From the NCBI GenBank assembly GCA_963649665.1, contig CAVJJO010000001.1:6435-70434 (forward strand): a stretch of 64,000 nucleotides of DNA, in the 5' to 3' direction. The notes below the pieces were generated by a model. The model was not told the DNA's origin, did not search any database, and saw only the letters and a program-made list of their open reading frames with translations. The number at the start of each line of letters is the position of its first letter. Position 1 is the first letter of the stretch. Of the stretch, positions 8,168 to 16,997 are shown one piece after another. This DNA comes from Bacteroidaceae bacterium (GTDB lineage Bacteria; Bacteroidota; Bacteroidia; Bacteroidales; Bacteroidaceae). The position numbers were made by a program, and so were the translations under genes.

Positions 8168-10849
8168 TCAAAAATTCCAGCGGCACGTCATAACGGCTTC
8201 CGCCGGACGCAGCGCATAGCGGCACGTTGTCACGTCGGTAGAAGAAAAGCTACGCGTGAGATAGGTGCGCGCATTGGTAAGGTTTGAAGCCTTGAGCGAA
8301 AGTTCCACGCGCTTTGAAACGTTCCACGTGGCTCCGCCGTCGAGGTAAAACTGCTTTACGCCGCCTTGGTGTGTGGTTTCCGTATAGCGGAACTGACCGG
8401 ACAAACTAAAGGAAAGGGCATTGATTGGCTGCGAGGAAATGCGCAGTTCCGCCTTGTAGTCCGTAAGCAAGTAGTCCATAGCGGCAATGCCTTTTGAGCT
8501 TACGTTCATCGACTGCCAGCCGGCTATAATTGTCAAGGAGAGCCGACGGTCGAAATAGTGCTGCTCGGCAGAAGCGCTCAGTTGCTGCGAAAGCGAACGC
8601 ACGGAAAGTTCCATCCCTTGGCGGTGGAGCGGAGAGCGCGACGAATTGATGCCGTACTGCATGAGCAGATAGGCATGACAAGCGTAGATGCTACGCGAAA
8701 GACGCGCCTGGCCGTACCATGTGTGCGTCAGCGTAGTGCCGTCGGCAGACGTGTTGACGGTGCTTCCGTCGGCGTTGACATACGAAGCTGAGGCAAGGTT
8801 GTATTCGTTGCGTGAATATCCGCCACTTGCCGTCAGAGCGCGTCCTTTTATGTGGTTCGTCCAAAAGAGTTGTCCCGAAGCCTGTGCCGTATTGGTCTGC
8901 TGGAGTGTTCCGCATCCCGTAGTGGAAAGCGAGCGGTAAGAAGTGTAGACGGGTTCCGATAGCCATTCGTCGAGTTGTGCAAGCCGCTCGGCATAGGAGG
9001 CGTTGAACAGGAATCGCAGATTGCGCTTTAGGAACCACGTTGCTTCGCATTCCGGCGAGACATGAGGGCGGTGGTGCTCTACGCGTTGCTGCAAGGCATG
9101 GTCTGTGTAGCGTATGTCGAACTGCCGCACGGGCACCGCCAGGCGGATAGCCAAGTGAGGAATGCTCACCTCATACTGCGGCCCGACAACCGTTTGTATG
9201 CGATAGGCATTTGCCTGAGCAGCGGCGAGCGGCTTTCCTTGCGTTGCTTCAGCGTTGGCGAAGGCTTTTTGCTTAAAGGAAAAATCCATGGAGTGGAAGT
9301 CCGCTCCTAAAGCCATTGACAGTCCCAGGCGTCCGCCCCGGTTGTGTTTTCCCAGTCCCCAAGAGAGGGAAGTGGAGTGGGCGGAACGGAAACTCAAACC
9401 TTCCACCGCTTGCCGCATGTAGCGTGTGTCAGCGCTTTCTTCATCTGCTTCAGACGTGTTGCTCCAAATGGCCGCCATTGTGTTGCGGGGCGAGAAAGCC
9501 AACTGTACTTTGCTGGAAAATGAGAGTACACGGCGTCCGGCACGCATTTTCCAGTTCAGCCCGTTGCGAATGCCCCATTCGTCTTGTACGTTACGTTGAT
9601 TCACACCGTTTGCCGAAAAGGCATACCCGTTGCGCTTCCAGCTGCCTTGCAGCGAGAGGCGGTCGGTGAGATAGCGCAGCGAGTCGTTGCGCTCCCAATG
9701 CGCTGAAAGGCGTGCTTTGTGGAGCGTAAGGTTTGTGCGGTTGTCGTCGACCGCCGAAACGGTTTCGCCCTGCGTGCCGGCTGTGTAAATGGTTTGCGAA
9801 GCCAAGCGGTAATCGTTGTCGGCCAGCGTATAGTCGGCGTTGGCTGTAAGCGTAAGTCCTTCGCGTAGCTTTGTCAAATGACTGGCGGAAGCCATTGCTG
9901 AACGGTTGTTGAGATAGCGGTTCTCGGGTACGGAAGGGGAACCGAACGGGCGGTCGGGGAAAGCATTGGCTGCGAGAGAATTTTCCGATTCTGTTTGTTC
10001 GTCGTAGAAAGTCTGCGTTTCGCTACTGTAGTTCTCTCCGCAGTCGTTCGTCTTTAGTGTAAGGAGGCTTTGGCTGTTTTTGCCGACTGTCAACCCAAAA
10101 GCTTCTGCGGTCCATAATGCACGCTCTCCCCATCCGCCGCCAAGGAGAAGATACCCTACGGGACGCGACAAGCGTGACTTCTTCAGTTTTAAATTTAGTG
10201 CGGCACGTGAGGAGTGCTCCACTCCGCGCAACATGCTGATGGGCTGATGATTCTCGTAGACTTCAACGGAAGCCACATCGGACGGGCGCACATTGCGCGT
10301 AACGAGTGAATAGCGTCCGTCGAGCATGTCAAGTCCTTCTATGTAAAAACGGTTGATGCTCTCGCCGTTGTATTTGATGGCGCCGGAAGCCTCTACGCTT
10401 ACTCCGGGGATGCGGCGTATTACGTCTTCCATGTTGCGGTCGGTTCTTGAACTGAGGTTAGAGACGCTATAGGAAAGCGTGTCGCCAAGCGAACGTACGG
10501 CAGGCGCACGCACCGTCACTTCGCGTAGCCCCGTGGGGGTGTCTGTCAATGTTATGTCCTTTCGTCCCGAGCGGTTGGGCAACTCCAACGTCTGGCTTTT
10601 ATAGCCAAATGCATTCACGCGCATCCGCACTTTTTCCCCGGCATCGGTGCTTACCAAAAGCACATACTCCCCTTCCTCGTTGCCTTTCGTAAAGGCAACG
10701 AGTTCCTCTTTCTCAGCTTTGTAAACTTTTACGATGGCATGAGCCACACCTTTGCCTTGTGCGTCAACTATGCGGCCTGCCAAACGCGTCTGCCCCAAAG
10801 CCAAATTAGCAAGAAAGAAAAAGAACAGGAAAAGTGTGTTTTGCTTCAA
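8168..10849 (-). CDS. outer-membrane beta-barrel protein with CarboxypepD_reg-like N-terminus and plug (TonB-dependent-receptor-like, GLPGLI-associated)
   Basis: Signal peptide, GRIVDAQG...VNAFGYK domain, LREVTVRA, GDTLSY, EDVIRRIPGV plug, SNLTN near the end, terminal Phe. Confidence 0.8.
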   Translation of the reverse strand: MKQNTLFLFFFFLANLALGQTRLAGRIVDAQGKGVAHAIVKVYKAEKEELVAFTKGNEEGEYVLLVSTDAGEKVRMRVNAFGYKSQTLELPNRSGRKDITLTDTPTGLREVTVRAPAVRSLGDTLSYSVSNLSSRTDRNMEDVIRRIPGVSVEASGAIKYNGESINRFYIEGLDMLDGRYSLVTRNVRPSDVASVEVYENHQPISMLRGVEHSSRAALNLKLKKSRLSRPVGYLLLGGGWGERALWTAEAFGLTVGKNSQSLLTLKTNDCGENYSSETQTFYDEQTESENSLAANAFPDRPFGSPSVPENRYLNNRSAMASASHLTKLREGLTLTANADYTLADNDYRLASQTIYTAGTQGETVSAVDDNRTNLTLHKARLSAHWERNDSLRYLTDRLSLQGSWKRNGYAFSANGVNQRNVQDEWGIRNGLNWKMRAGRRVLSFSSKVQLAFSPRNTMAAIWSNTSEADEESADTRYMRQAVEGLSFRSAHSTSLSWGLGKHNRGGRLGLSMALGADFHSMDFSFKQKAFANAEATQGKPLAAAQANAYRIQTVVGPQYEVSIPHLAIRLAVPVRQFDIRYTDHALQQRVEHHRPHVSPECEATWFLKRNLRFLFNASYAERLAQLDEWLSEPVYTSYRSLSTTGCGTLQQTNTAQASGQLFWTNHIKGRALTASGGYSRNEYNLASASYVNADGSTVNTSADGTTLTHTWYGQARLSRSIYACHAYLLMQYGINSSRSPLHRQGMELSVRSLSQQLSASAEQHYFDRRLSLTIIAGWQSMNVSSKGIAAMDYLLTDYKAELRISSQPINALSFSLSGQFRYTETTHQGGVKQFYLDGGATWNVSKRVELSLKASNLTNARTYLTRSFSSTDVTTCRYALRPAEAVMTCRWNF

Positions 10850-10866
10850 TATGAATCTATATGAGG

Positions 10867-11688
10867 TTATTCAAGCTCCAATGGGCTGTAGAAGCTGCGT
10901 CGAGAGTGGCTTTCGGAGGGTTCTAAACCGACTTTACGCGATTCTCCTGCCATATCCATAGCTATGGAATATTCTTCATCGCGGAATACCTTGCGCTTTA
11001 CCTTATACCAACGCTTCTCGCGCTTTATTATAGGGAATTTAGGTTCACGAATGGAAATGGCTTCAAAGTCATGTTGCCCTGAATTGTCCGTGGCTTTAAG
11101 CACAAGACCTGGCAATCCGTGAAATTTCCAGGGACCAGTGCTGAAAGGTAAATCCTCTGCATACCATACTGTCCAGGTGCGCCCTCTAAATCCTTGCACA
11201 GCCTTATGGCAAAGATAGCCGCAAACACGCATTGTATCGGATGAATATGTCCAATTGGGCCAAGTCACCACATCTTCATATTCCATATTGGAAAACATCA
11301 GCCATTGTCGTTCGTAACAGGTGTCGCCATGTTGGGCAAAATGCTTGCTATAGCTACTTTGTAGACTGTCCATTATTGCCATAGCTCTACGTATAGAATA
11401 TTCTTCGTAATGCCCGTAGAAGATTGAATCTTGCTTATACTCCTGATAAACCAAAGTCTTGGAGAAATTCTTTCCAATCTGAAGCATCAACTCGTGGTTC
11501 CTACTCTCGTTCAAAACTGAATCAATCTCGGTAAAAGCATATATGCATTCAGCTACGATAGAGGAGTCCTGTACATCGAACTTGTCAAACCGCGCTGGTG
11601 CATCTTTCCACGAATCGTCGGCTAACTCTTGAGCTATTGAAAGCAGAGGGAAAAAGGTGAAGAGTAGTAAGATTATTGTCTTATTCAT
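10867..11688 (-). CDS. GLPGLI-family protein
   Basis: Signal peptide; GYLCHKAVQGFRGRTWTVWYAEDLPFSTGPWKFHGLPGLVLKA. Confidence 0.92.
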   Translation of the reverse strand: MNKTIILLLFTFFPLLSIAQELADDSWKDAPARFDKFDVQDSSIVAECIYAFTEIDSVLNESRNHELMLQIGKNFSKTLVYQEYKQDSIFYGHYEEYSIRRAMAIMDSLQSSYSKHFAQHGDTCYERQWLMFSNMEYEDVVTWPNWTYSSDTMRVCGYLCHKAVQGFRGRTWTVWYAEDLPFSTGPWKFHGLPGLVLKATDNSGQHDFEAISIREPKFPIIKREKRWYKVKRKVFRDEEYSIAMDMAGESRKVGLEPSESHSRRSFYSPLELE

Positions 11689-11907
11689 AAGCGCGACAAT
11701 TTATTCATATTTATATCTTTTAGCTTGACGCTTGTATTGCAAATATAGGGTATCTTTTTCAGAATGCAAACAATCCTGTACAAAACACGTCGAATGGGTC
11801 GGTGTAGATGGCGTAAAGAACATATTTCTAATGGCCGCTTGTAAACTTGTTGCGGTCTAGCATTGCTCTTGGCTGGAACGTAAAAAATGCAGACAGAAAA
11901 GAAAACT

Positions 11908-12180
11908 ACTCGCCTTGCACTACTTTGCTTCGCGAAGTTAGGCTGCGGCTCGGCTGTGAAAAGAAAATTTTCTGATTTTCTTTTCGCATCACTCGCCTTG
12001 CACTACTTTGCTTCGCGAAGTTAGGCTGCGGCTCGGCTGTGAAAAGAAAATTTTCTGATTTTCTTTTCGCATCACTCGCCTTGCACTACTTTGCTTCGCG
12101 AAGTTAGGCTGCGGCTCGGCTGTGAAAAGAAAATTTTCTGATTTTCTTTTCGCATCACTCGCCTTGCACTAACTTTGCAC
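11908..12180 (+). repeat. tandem 83-bp hairpin repeat (3 identical units plus a terminal part carrying the promoter box)
   Basis: ACTCGCCTTGCAC recurs at 11908, 11991, 12074 and 12157; inner inverted repeat GAAAAGAAAAT/ATTTTCTTTTC. Confidence 0.95.
12170..12177 (+). promoter_or_regulatory. -7 promoter box of tRNA-Arg, inside the last repeat
   Basis: TAACTTTG ending 15 nt before the tRNA. Confidence 0.75.
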
Positions 12181-12192
12181 CCCGAAGATTCC

Positions 12193-12264
12193 GCCCTCGT
12201 AGTTCAATGGATAGAACACCGCTCTCCTAAAGCAGTGATCTGAGTTCGATTCTCAGCGGGGGTA
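12193..12264 (+). tRNA. tRNA-Arg (CCT)
   Basis: GCCCTCG/CGGGGGT acceptor, TAGTTCAATGGATAGAAC D arm, loop CTCCTAA, GAGTTCGATTCTC T arm. Confidence 0.95.
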
Positions 12265-12409
12265 CTTCATGCCGTTCCGTAACGGACTACCGAACCACCC
12301 TTCATTGTGCTGCATAGGTGCAATGAAGGGTGCGTTTCGTTATAAAGGGCGTGTTGAGCGCGTGGTTTTGAAAACTTGCCCCCATGTGCGGTGCTCCAAA
12401 GGCCGATTT

Positions 12410-12778
12410 TTTTAACACTGAGAATCGCGTAGAAATCACCAAACGCACAGACGCTTGAAAAAACGCGATTTTCAGCGTGCATAATTATGCACTTTGTTGC
12501 CGCTAAATGCGCATATATTCAGAATTTGCTGCATGCTGCTGCATAAAACGTCTTGATGGAGCAAAAAACAGAGCCTTTTTCGTGAAAATTCCAAGCCTTC
12601 TAGGAAAAATTCCCCTTAGGCCCAATGTTTTGGGCCTAAGGGGAATTTTTACGAGATGCCTTGGAGTGACGGAAATGTGCTGAAAAGGGGTCAAAAATCA
12701 TTGGTCTGCTCTCTAGTTTGAAGCGCGCGGGCGAAAAAGGAGAGCTCCTAAATTAACAAATTAAAGGTTCGTTCACGA
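12410..12778 (+). repeat. ~370-bp dispersed element, copy A
   Basis: Starts TTTTAACACTGAGAATCGCGTAGAAATCACC; colinear with 37569-37938 and, inverted, with 49279-49627 and 59017-59385. Confidence 0.85.
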
Positions 12779-12795
12779 AAGGTGCAAGCATTAGT

Positions 12796-13048
12796 GCGAA
12801 GCGCATGGGGGTCAAGACTCCAGTCTTGACTGATAAGCGCAAAGTTTTCAATGCGAAACTACGCAAAAGCCTCTGTGAGGCCGTGTAGAGCGTGACGTTT
12901 TGAAAACGTCACCCCCATGGGGAGCTGCAAACGCCTTTCCGTAATTCTATCTTTTCAAGATATTGGGAAAATTCTCTAATTCTTGACCTATTAATAATGT
13001 ATAGAGCTGTCAAGACAGGAGTCTTGACCTCCATGCGCTTAGCACCAT
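12796..13048. repeat. cluster of three REP-like hairpin units
   Basis: GCGCATGGGG-GTCAAGAC-TCCA-GTCTTGAC (12801); GTAGAGC-GTGACGTTTT-G-AAAACGTCAC-CCCCATGG (12885); ATAGAGCT-GTCAAGAC-AGGA-GTCTTGAC-CTCCATGCGC (13001). Confidence 0.85.
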
Positions 13049-13147
13049 ACTATTGCGCAAGTCGTTTTTTACATGTTACTATACAACAAGCGCATTGCAT
13101 CATGGGTAATGAAGCAATGCGCTTGTTATTATTGTTTTTCCCTTATT

Positions 13148-13876
13148 CTATTTTATGGAATCGGTGTGTGCAGCTGGTGTCGCAAGCGTTTGTTCTTCCT
13201 CGGCTTGTGCTTTGTGTGCAGCCTCTTCCGCTTTGCGGCGGCGCCAGTAGGCACGTTCGGCAGCGCGGCGCAACGAGTCGTTTCGCAGGCTATCTAAAAG
13301 GGCGGCTTGCGCAGCAGTGTCGGGAACGGCTGCGGGGCGTGGTGCAGGGCGCAGGGCACTGGAGTCAACGGCTTCGGGTGCGGGCTGCTCCTCTTCGCCG
13401 TTCCACCGTTCTATTTCCGGCAAAGTCCACGGCAGCGATGCGGCTACGGCCAACAGCAATACGAGAAGGAGCATCCACCACCAATGGCGGCGAAAGAATC
13501 CCGGTTCGCGGTGTGCGCGGATGCGGTGTTGACGGGCGGGAAGGGTAGGTTCGTCGGCCACCGATGCCGAACGAAGGGCGCCGATATGCTCCACGGCCGC
13601 AGCCTCGCCCTTCCTGCTGCTCGCCTTCTTATCTTTCTTTGCCGACTCTGGCGCGGAAGGTGCAGGAGCAAAGCCTGCGGGCATCAGCGGCGGTATGTTC
13701 GTGGTGCGGCTTTTGCTTTTTGCGGGGCGAAGGGTGGGGGCGGCTTCACCGGCAGCAGAGCTTGCATTGCTTTCGCCGCTTGTTTCCGTTTCGATGAGGC
13801 TGTCTTCGGTATGTTCGTTTTCGGAAGCTGAAAGACCCTCGGCTTCAGCTTTTCCGTCGTTGAGTTCTTGGTTCAT
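13148..13876 (-). CDS. hypothetical bitopic membrane protein with low-complexity Ala/Pro/Glu-rich regions
   Basis: Single hydrophobic segment WWWMLLLVLLLAVAASLPW preceded by basic residues; divergent from gltX. Confidence 0.6.
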   Translation of the reverse strand: MNQELNDGKAEAEGLSASENEHTEDSLIETETSGESNASSAAGEAAPTLRPAKSKSRTTNIPPLMPAGFAPAPSAPESAKKDKKASSRKGEAAAVEHIGALRSASVADEPTLPARQHRIRAHREPGFFRRHWWWMLLLVLLLAVAASLPWTLPEIERWNGEEEQPAPEAVDSSALRPAPRPAAVPDTAAQAALLDSLRNDSLRRAAERAYWRRRKAEEAAHKAQAEEEQTLATPAAHTDSIK

Positions 13877-14050
13877 GAAATATATGCTTTTAGTGGCGGC
13901 AAAGATACCACTTTGCACCCTCTTGGCAAAGCCGCGCATCGGGCACGACGGGCCGTAAGAGAAAAGGCCAAAGGCTTATTTTCTCCCATATTATAAAAAA
14001 GATGTACATTTGTAGTCGGAATCAAAAAATCAAAACGTTTACATCACATT

Positions 14051-15568
14051 ATGTGCTCCGATAGAAAAGTACGCGTGCGTTTCGCACCCAGTCCCACAGG
14101 TCCCCTTCATATAGGCGGTGTGCGCACCGCACTCTACAACTACCTCTTTGCCCGTCAGCACGGCGGCGACATGGTGTTCCGCATTGAAGACACAGACTCC
14201 AACCGCTTCGTGCCCGGAGCGGAAGATTACATCATAGAGTCGTTCAAGTGGCTCGGCATAGAGTTCGACGAAGGTGTAAGTTTCGGTGGCGACCACGGTC
14301 CTTATCGCCAGAGCGAGCGTCGCGACATCTATAAGAAATATGTGCGCCAGCTCCTCGATGCCGGCAAGGCCTATGTGGCTTTCGACACCCCCGAAGAGCT
14401 CACCGCCAAGCGTGAAGCTGTGGAAAACTTCCAGTACGACGCCCACACCCGCATGCAGATGCGCAACTCCCTCGTGCTCGGCGAGGAAGAAACGCAGCGC
14501 CTCATCGATGCCGGCGAGCAGTATGTGGTTCGCTTTAAGGTGGAACCTGGCGAGGAAATCCATGTGAACGACATCATCCGTGGCGACGTGCGCATCATGT
14601 CCGACATTCTCGACGACAAAGTGCTCTACAAGAGCGCCGACCAGCTCCCCACTTACCACCTTGCCAACATTGTGGACGACCACCTCATGGAAATCACCCA
14701 TGTGATTCGTGGCGAAGAGTGGCTTCCCTCCGCACCGCTTCATGTGCTTCTCTACCGTGCCTTCGGCTGGGCCGACACCATGCCCCAGTTTGCCCATCTT
14801 CCCCTTCTTCTCAAGCCCGACGGCAAGGGAAAGCTCTCCAAGCGCGACGGCGACCGCCTCGGTTTCCCCGTGTTCCCCCTCGAGTGGCACGACCCCAAGA
14901 CCGGCGACGTCAGCTCGGGTTATCGCGAAAGCGGCTATCTTCCCGAAGCCGTCATCAACTTCCTCGCTCTCCTCGGATGGAATCCCGGCACCGACCAGGA
15001 ACTCCTCTCCATGCAGGAACTCATTGAACAGTTCGACCTCAGCAAGTGCTCCAAGAGCGGCGCCAAGTTCGACTACGTCAAAGGCCAGTGGTTCAACCGC
15101 GAATACATCCTTCGCAGCGACGACGCCAAACTCGCTCCCGCTTTCGACAAGATACTCAAGGAAAACGGCATCGACGCGCCCATTGAACGCGTGGAAGCCG
15201 TTGTGGGCATGATGAAGATGAAGAAAATCAACTTCATCAAGGAACTTTGGCCCCTTTGCGACTTCTTCTTCATCGCACCGCACTACGATGCCGAAGACAA
15301 GTTCACCCGCAAAAACTGGAAAGAAGGCGCAGCTGCCGACATGGCAGAACTCGCTTCGCTTCTCGAAGGCCTCACCGACTTCAGCATAGAGAGCCAGAAA
15401 ACCGTGGTGGACAAATGGGCTACGGAAACGGGCAAAAAGCCCTGGAACCCCTGGCGCGTATGCCTCGTAGGCGCAGGCAAAGGCCCCGACATGTACGAAC
15501 TCGCAGCCTTCCTCGGCAAGGACGAAACGCTCCGCCGCATGAATGCCGCCATAGCCGCACTCGGATAA
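14051..15568 (+). CDS. gltX: glutamate-tRNA ligase
   Basis: [43 protein letters not shown] box at 14005-14012. Confidence 0.97.
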   Translation: MCSDRKVRVRFAPSPTGPLHIGGVRTALYNYLFARQHGGDMVFRIEDTDSNRFVPGAEDYIIESFKWLGIEFDEGVSFGGDHGPYRQSERRDIYKKYVRQLLDAGKAYVAFDTPEELTAKREAVENFQYDAHTRMQMRNSLVLGEEETQRLIDAGEQYVVRFKVEPGEEIHVNDIIRGDVRIMSDILDDKVLYKSADQLPTYHLANIVDDHLMEITHVIRGEEWLPSAPLHVLLYRAFGWADTMPQFAHLPLLLKPDGKGKLSKRDGDRLGFPVFPLEWHDPKTGDVSSGYRESGYLPEAVINFLALLGWNPGTDQELLSMQELIEQFDLSKCSKSGAKFDYVKGQWFNREYILRSDDAKLAPAFDKILKENGIDAPIERVEAVVGMMKMKKINFIKELWPLCDFFFIAPHYDAEDKFTRKNWKEGAAADMAELASLLEGLTDFSIESQKTVVDKWATETGKKPWNPWRVCLVGAGKGPDMYELAAFLGKDETLRRMNAAIAALG

Positions 15569-15579
15569 GCGAAATGCGG

Positions 15580-15628
15580 AAAAACAACTTGCGCGGCTTT
15601 CTGAAGGCAATCGCGCAAGTTGTTTTTT
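15580..15628 (+). terminator. stem-loop with T tract after gltX
   Basis: AAAAACAACTTGCGCG...CGCGCAAGTTGTTTTTT. Confidence 0.75.
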
Positions 15629-15737
15629 AATATGCAATAAAAGGCGGCGCAGTGCATCGCCGCTACACAATATTCACGTAGAGAGGCAACTGGCAACAAG
15701 GCTCCCGTTCGTTGTCTCCCGTATCAATCACCCCACA

Positions 15738-16958
15738 GTGTATTCCCTCGCAATCTATATAATGATGCTGTGTTGCAACGTGGCATCGCTCTTCAACCGG
15801 AAGATTCGCACCATGATGCGCGGACACGTCGACGCATGGCGCATACTGCGCCGTAGCGTGGAGAAAGGCCAGACCTACGTGTGGTTCCACGCTGCCTCCC
15901 TCGGCGAGTTTGAGCAAGGACGCCCTCTTATGGAACGTCTCAAGCGCGAACATCCCGAGAAGAAGATACTCCTCACCTTTTTCTCCCCCTCGGGCTACGA
16001 AGTGAGGAAAGACTATGCAGGAGCCGACATCGTCTGCTATCTCCCCTTCGACACTCCCTTCAACGCACGCAAGTTCGTACGCCTGGCGCAACCCGAAGCA
16101 GCCTATTTCATCAAGTATGAATTCTGGCGCAACTACATCGAAGTGCTTCACAAACGCGGCATACCCTCCTATAGCGTGTCGAGCATATTCCGCGAAGGAC
16201 AGATATTCTTCCGTTGGTACGGACGCGGCTATGCCCGCGTGCTCCACCGCATGACCCATCTCTACGTGCAGAACGAAACCTCGCGCCAACTCCTCTCGCA
16301 GTTAGGCGTGAACCACGTCACCGTGGTGGGCGACACACGCTTCGACCGCGTCATCGACATTCGCAACGCCGCCAAACCCCTTCCCCTCGTGGAGCGCTTT
16401 GCCGGTTGCTGGCGCGTGCTCGTGGCGGGAAGTTCGTGGGCTCCCGACGAGGACATCATCATCCCCTATTTCAACTCCCATCCCAATCTCAAACTCGTGC
16501 TCGCTCCCCACGTGGTGAGCGAAGAGCACCTCCGGCAGATAGAGGGAAAGCTCCAGCGCCCCGCCATCCGTTACTCCGCAGCCACGTCGAAAAGCGTGGT
16601 AGAGGCCGACTGCCTCATCATAGACTGCTACGGACTCCTCTCCAGCATCTACCGCTACGCCGCCGTGGCCTACGTGGGAGGCGGATTCGGAGTAGGCATC
16701 CACAATGTGCCTGAAGCCGCCGTCTACGGTGTACCCGTCGTGATAGGTCCCAACAACAAGAAGTTCCGCGAAGCACAGGCGCTGCTCCAAAACGGCGGAT
16801 GCCGCGAAATAACCAGTGCCGAAGAGTTCAATGCGCTCCTCGACCGCTTCCTTGCCGACAAGGACGAACTCCAGCGTGCCGGTGAAGCCGCCGGAAGCTA
16901 TATCAGTGAAAATGCCGGTGCCACCGACGTGATTCTCGGCACAGCCACCAACGTCTGA
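15738..16958 (+). CDS. waaA: Kdo transferase
   Basis: WFHAASLGE, TFFSPSG, YLPFD, GDTRFD, YVGGGF...HNVPEAA. Confidence 0.93.
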   Translation: MYSLAIYIMMLCCNVASLFNRKIRTMMRGHVDAWRILRRSVEKGQTYVWFHAASLGEFEQGRPLMERLKREHPEKKILLTFFSPSGYEVRKDYAGADIVCYLPFDTPFNARKFVRLAQPEAAYFIKYEFWRNYIEVLHKRGIPSYSVSSIFREGQIFFRWYGRGYARVLHRMTHLYVQNETSRQLLSQLGVNHVTVVGDTRFDRVIDIRNAAKPLPLVERFAGCWRVLVAGSSWAPDEDIIIPYFNSHPNLKLVLAPHVVSEEHLRQIEGKLQRPAIRYSAATSKSVVEADCLIIDCYGLLSSIYRYAAVAYVGGGFGVGIHNVPEAAVYGVPVVIGPNNKKFREAQALLQNGGCREITSAEEFNALLDRFLADKDELQRAGEAAGSYISENAGATDVILGTATNV

Positions 16959-16997
16959 GCAAACCACGGCGCAAGCCCAATACATGAAGAACAGCGA

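Noticed and set aside
11908..12180. CRISPR array
   Set aside because: The units are identical over their whole length with no unique spacers, and there are no cas genes.
11908..12180. Integron attC array (contains GTTAGGC)
   Set aside because: GTT and AAC cores are in the opposite order to attC, and there are no cassette ORFs or intI. Kept only as an analogy.
12193..13100. Integrative element at tRNA-Arg or tRNA-Pro
   Set aside because: No integrase, and no duplicated tRNA 3' end was seen in the window.
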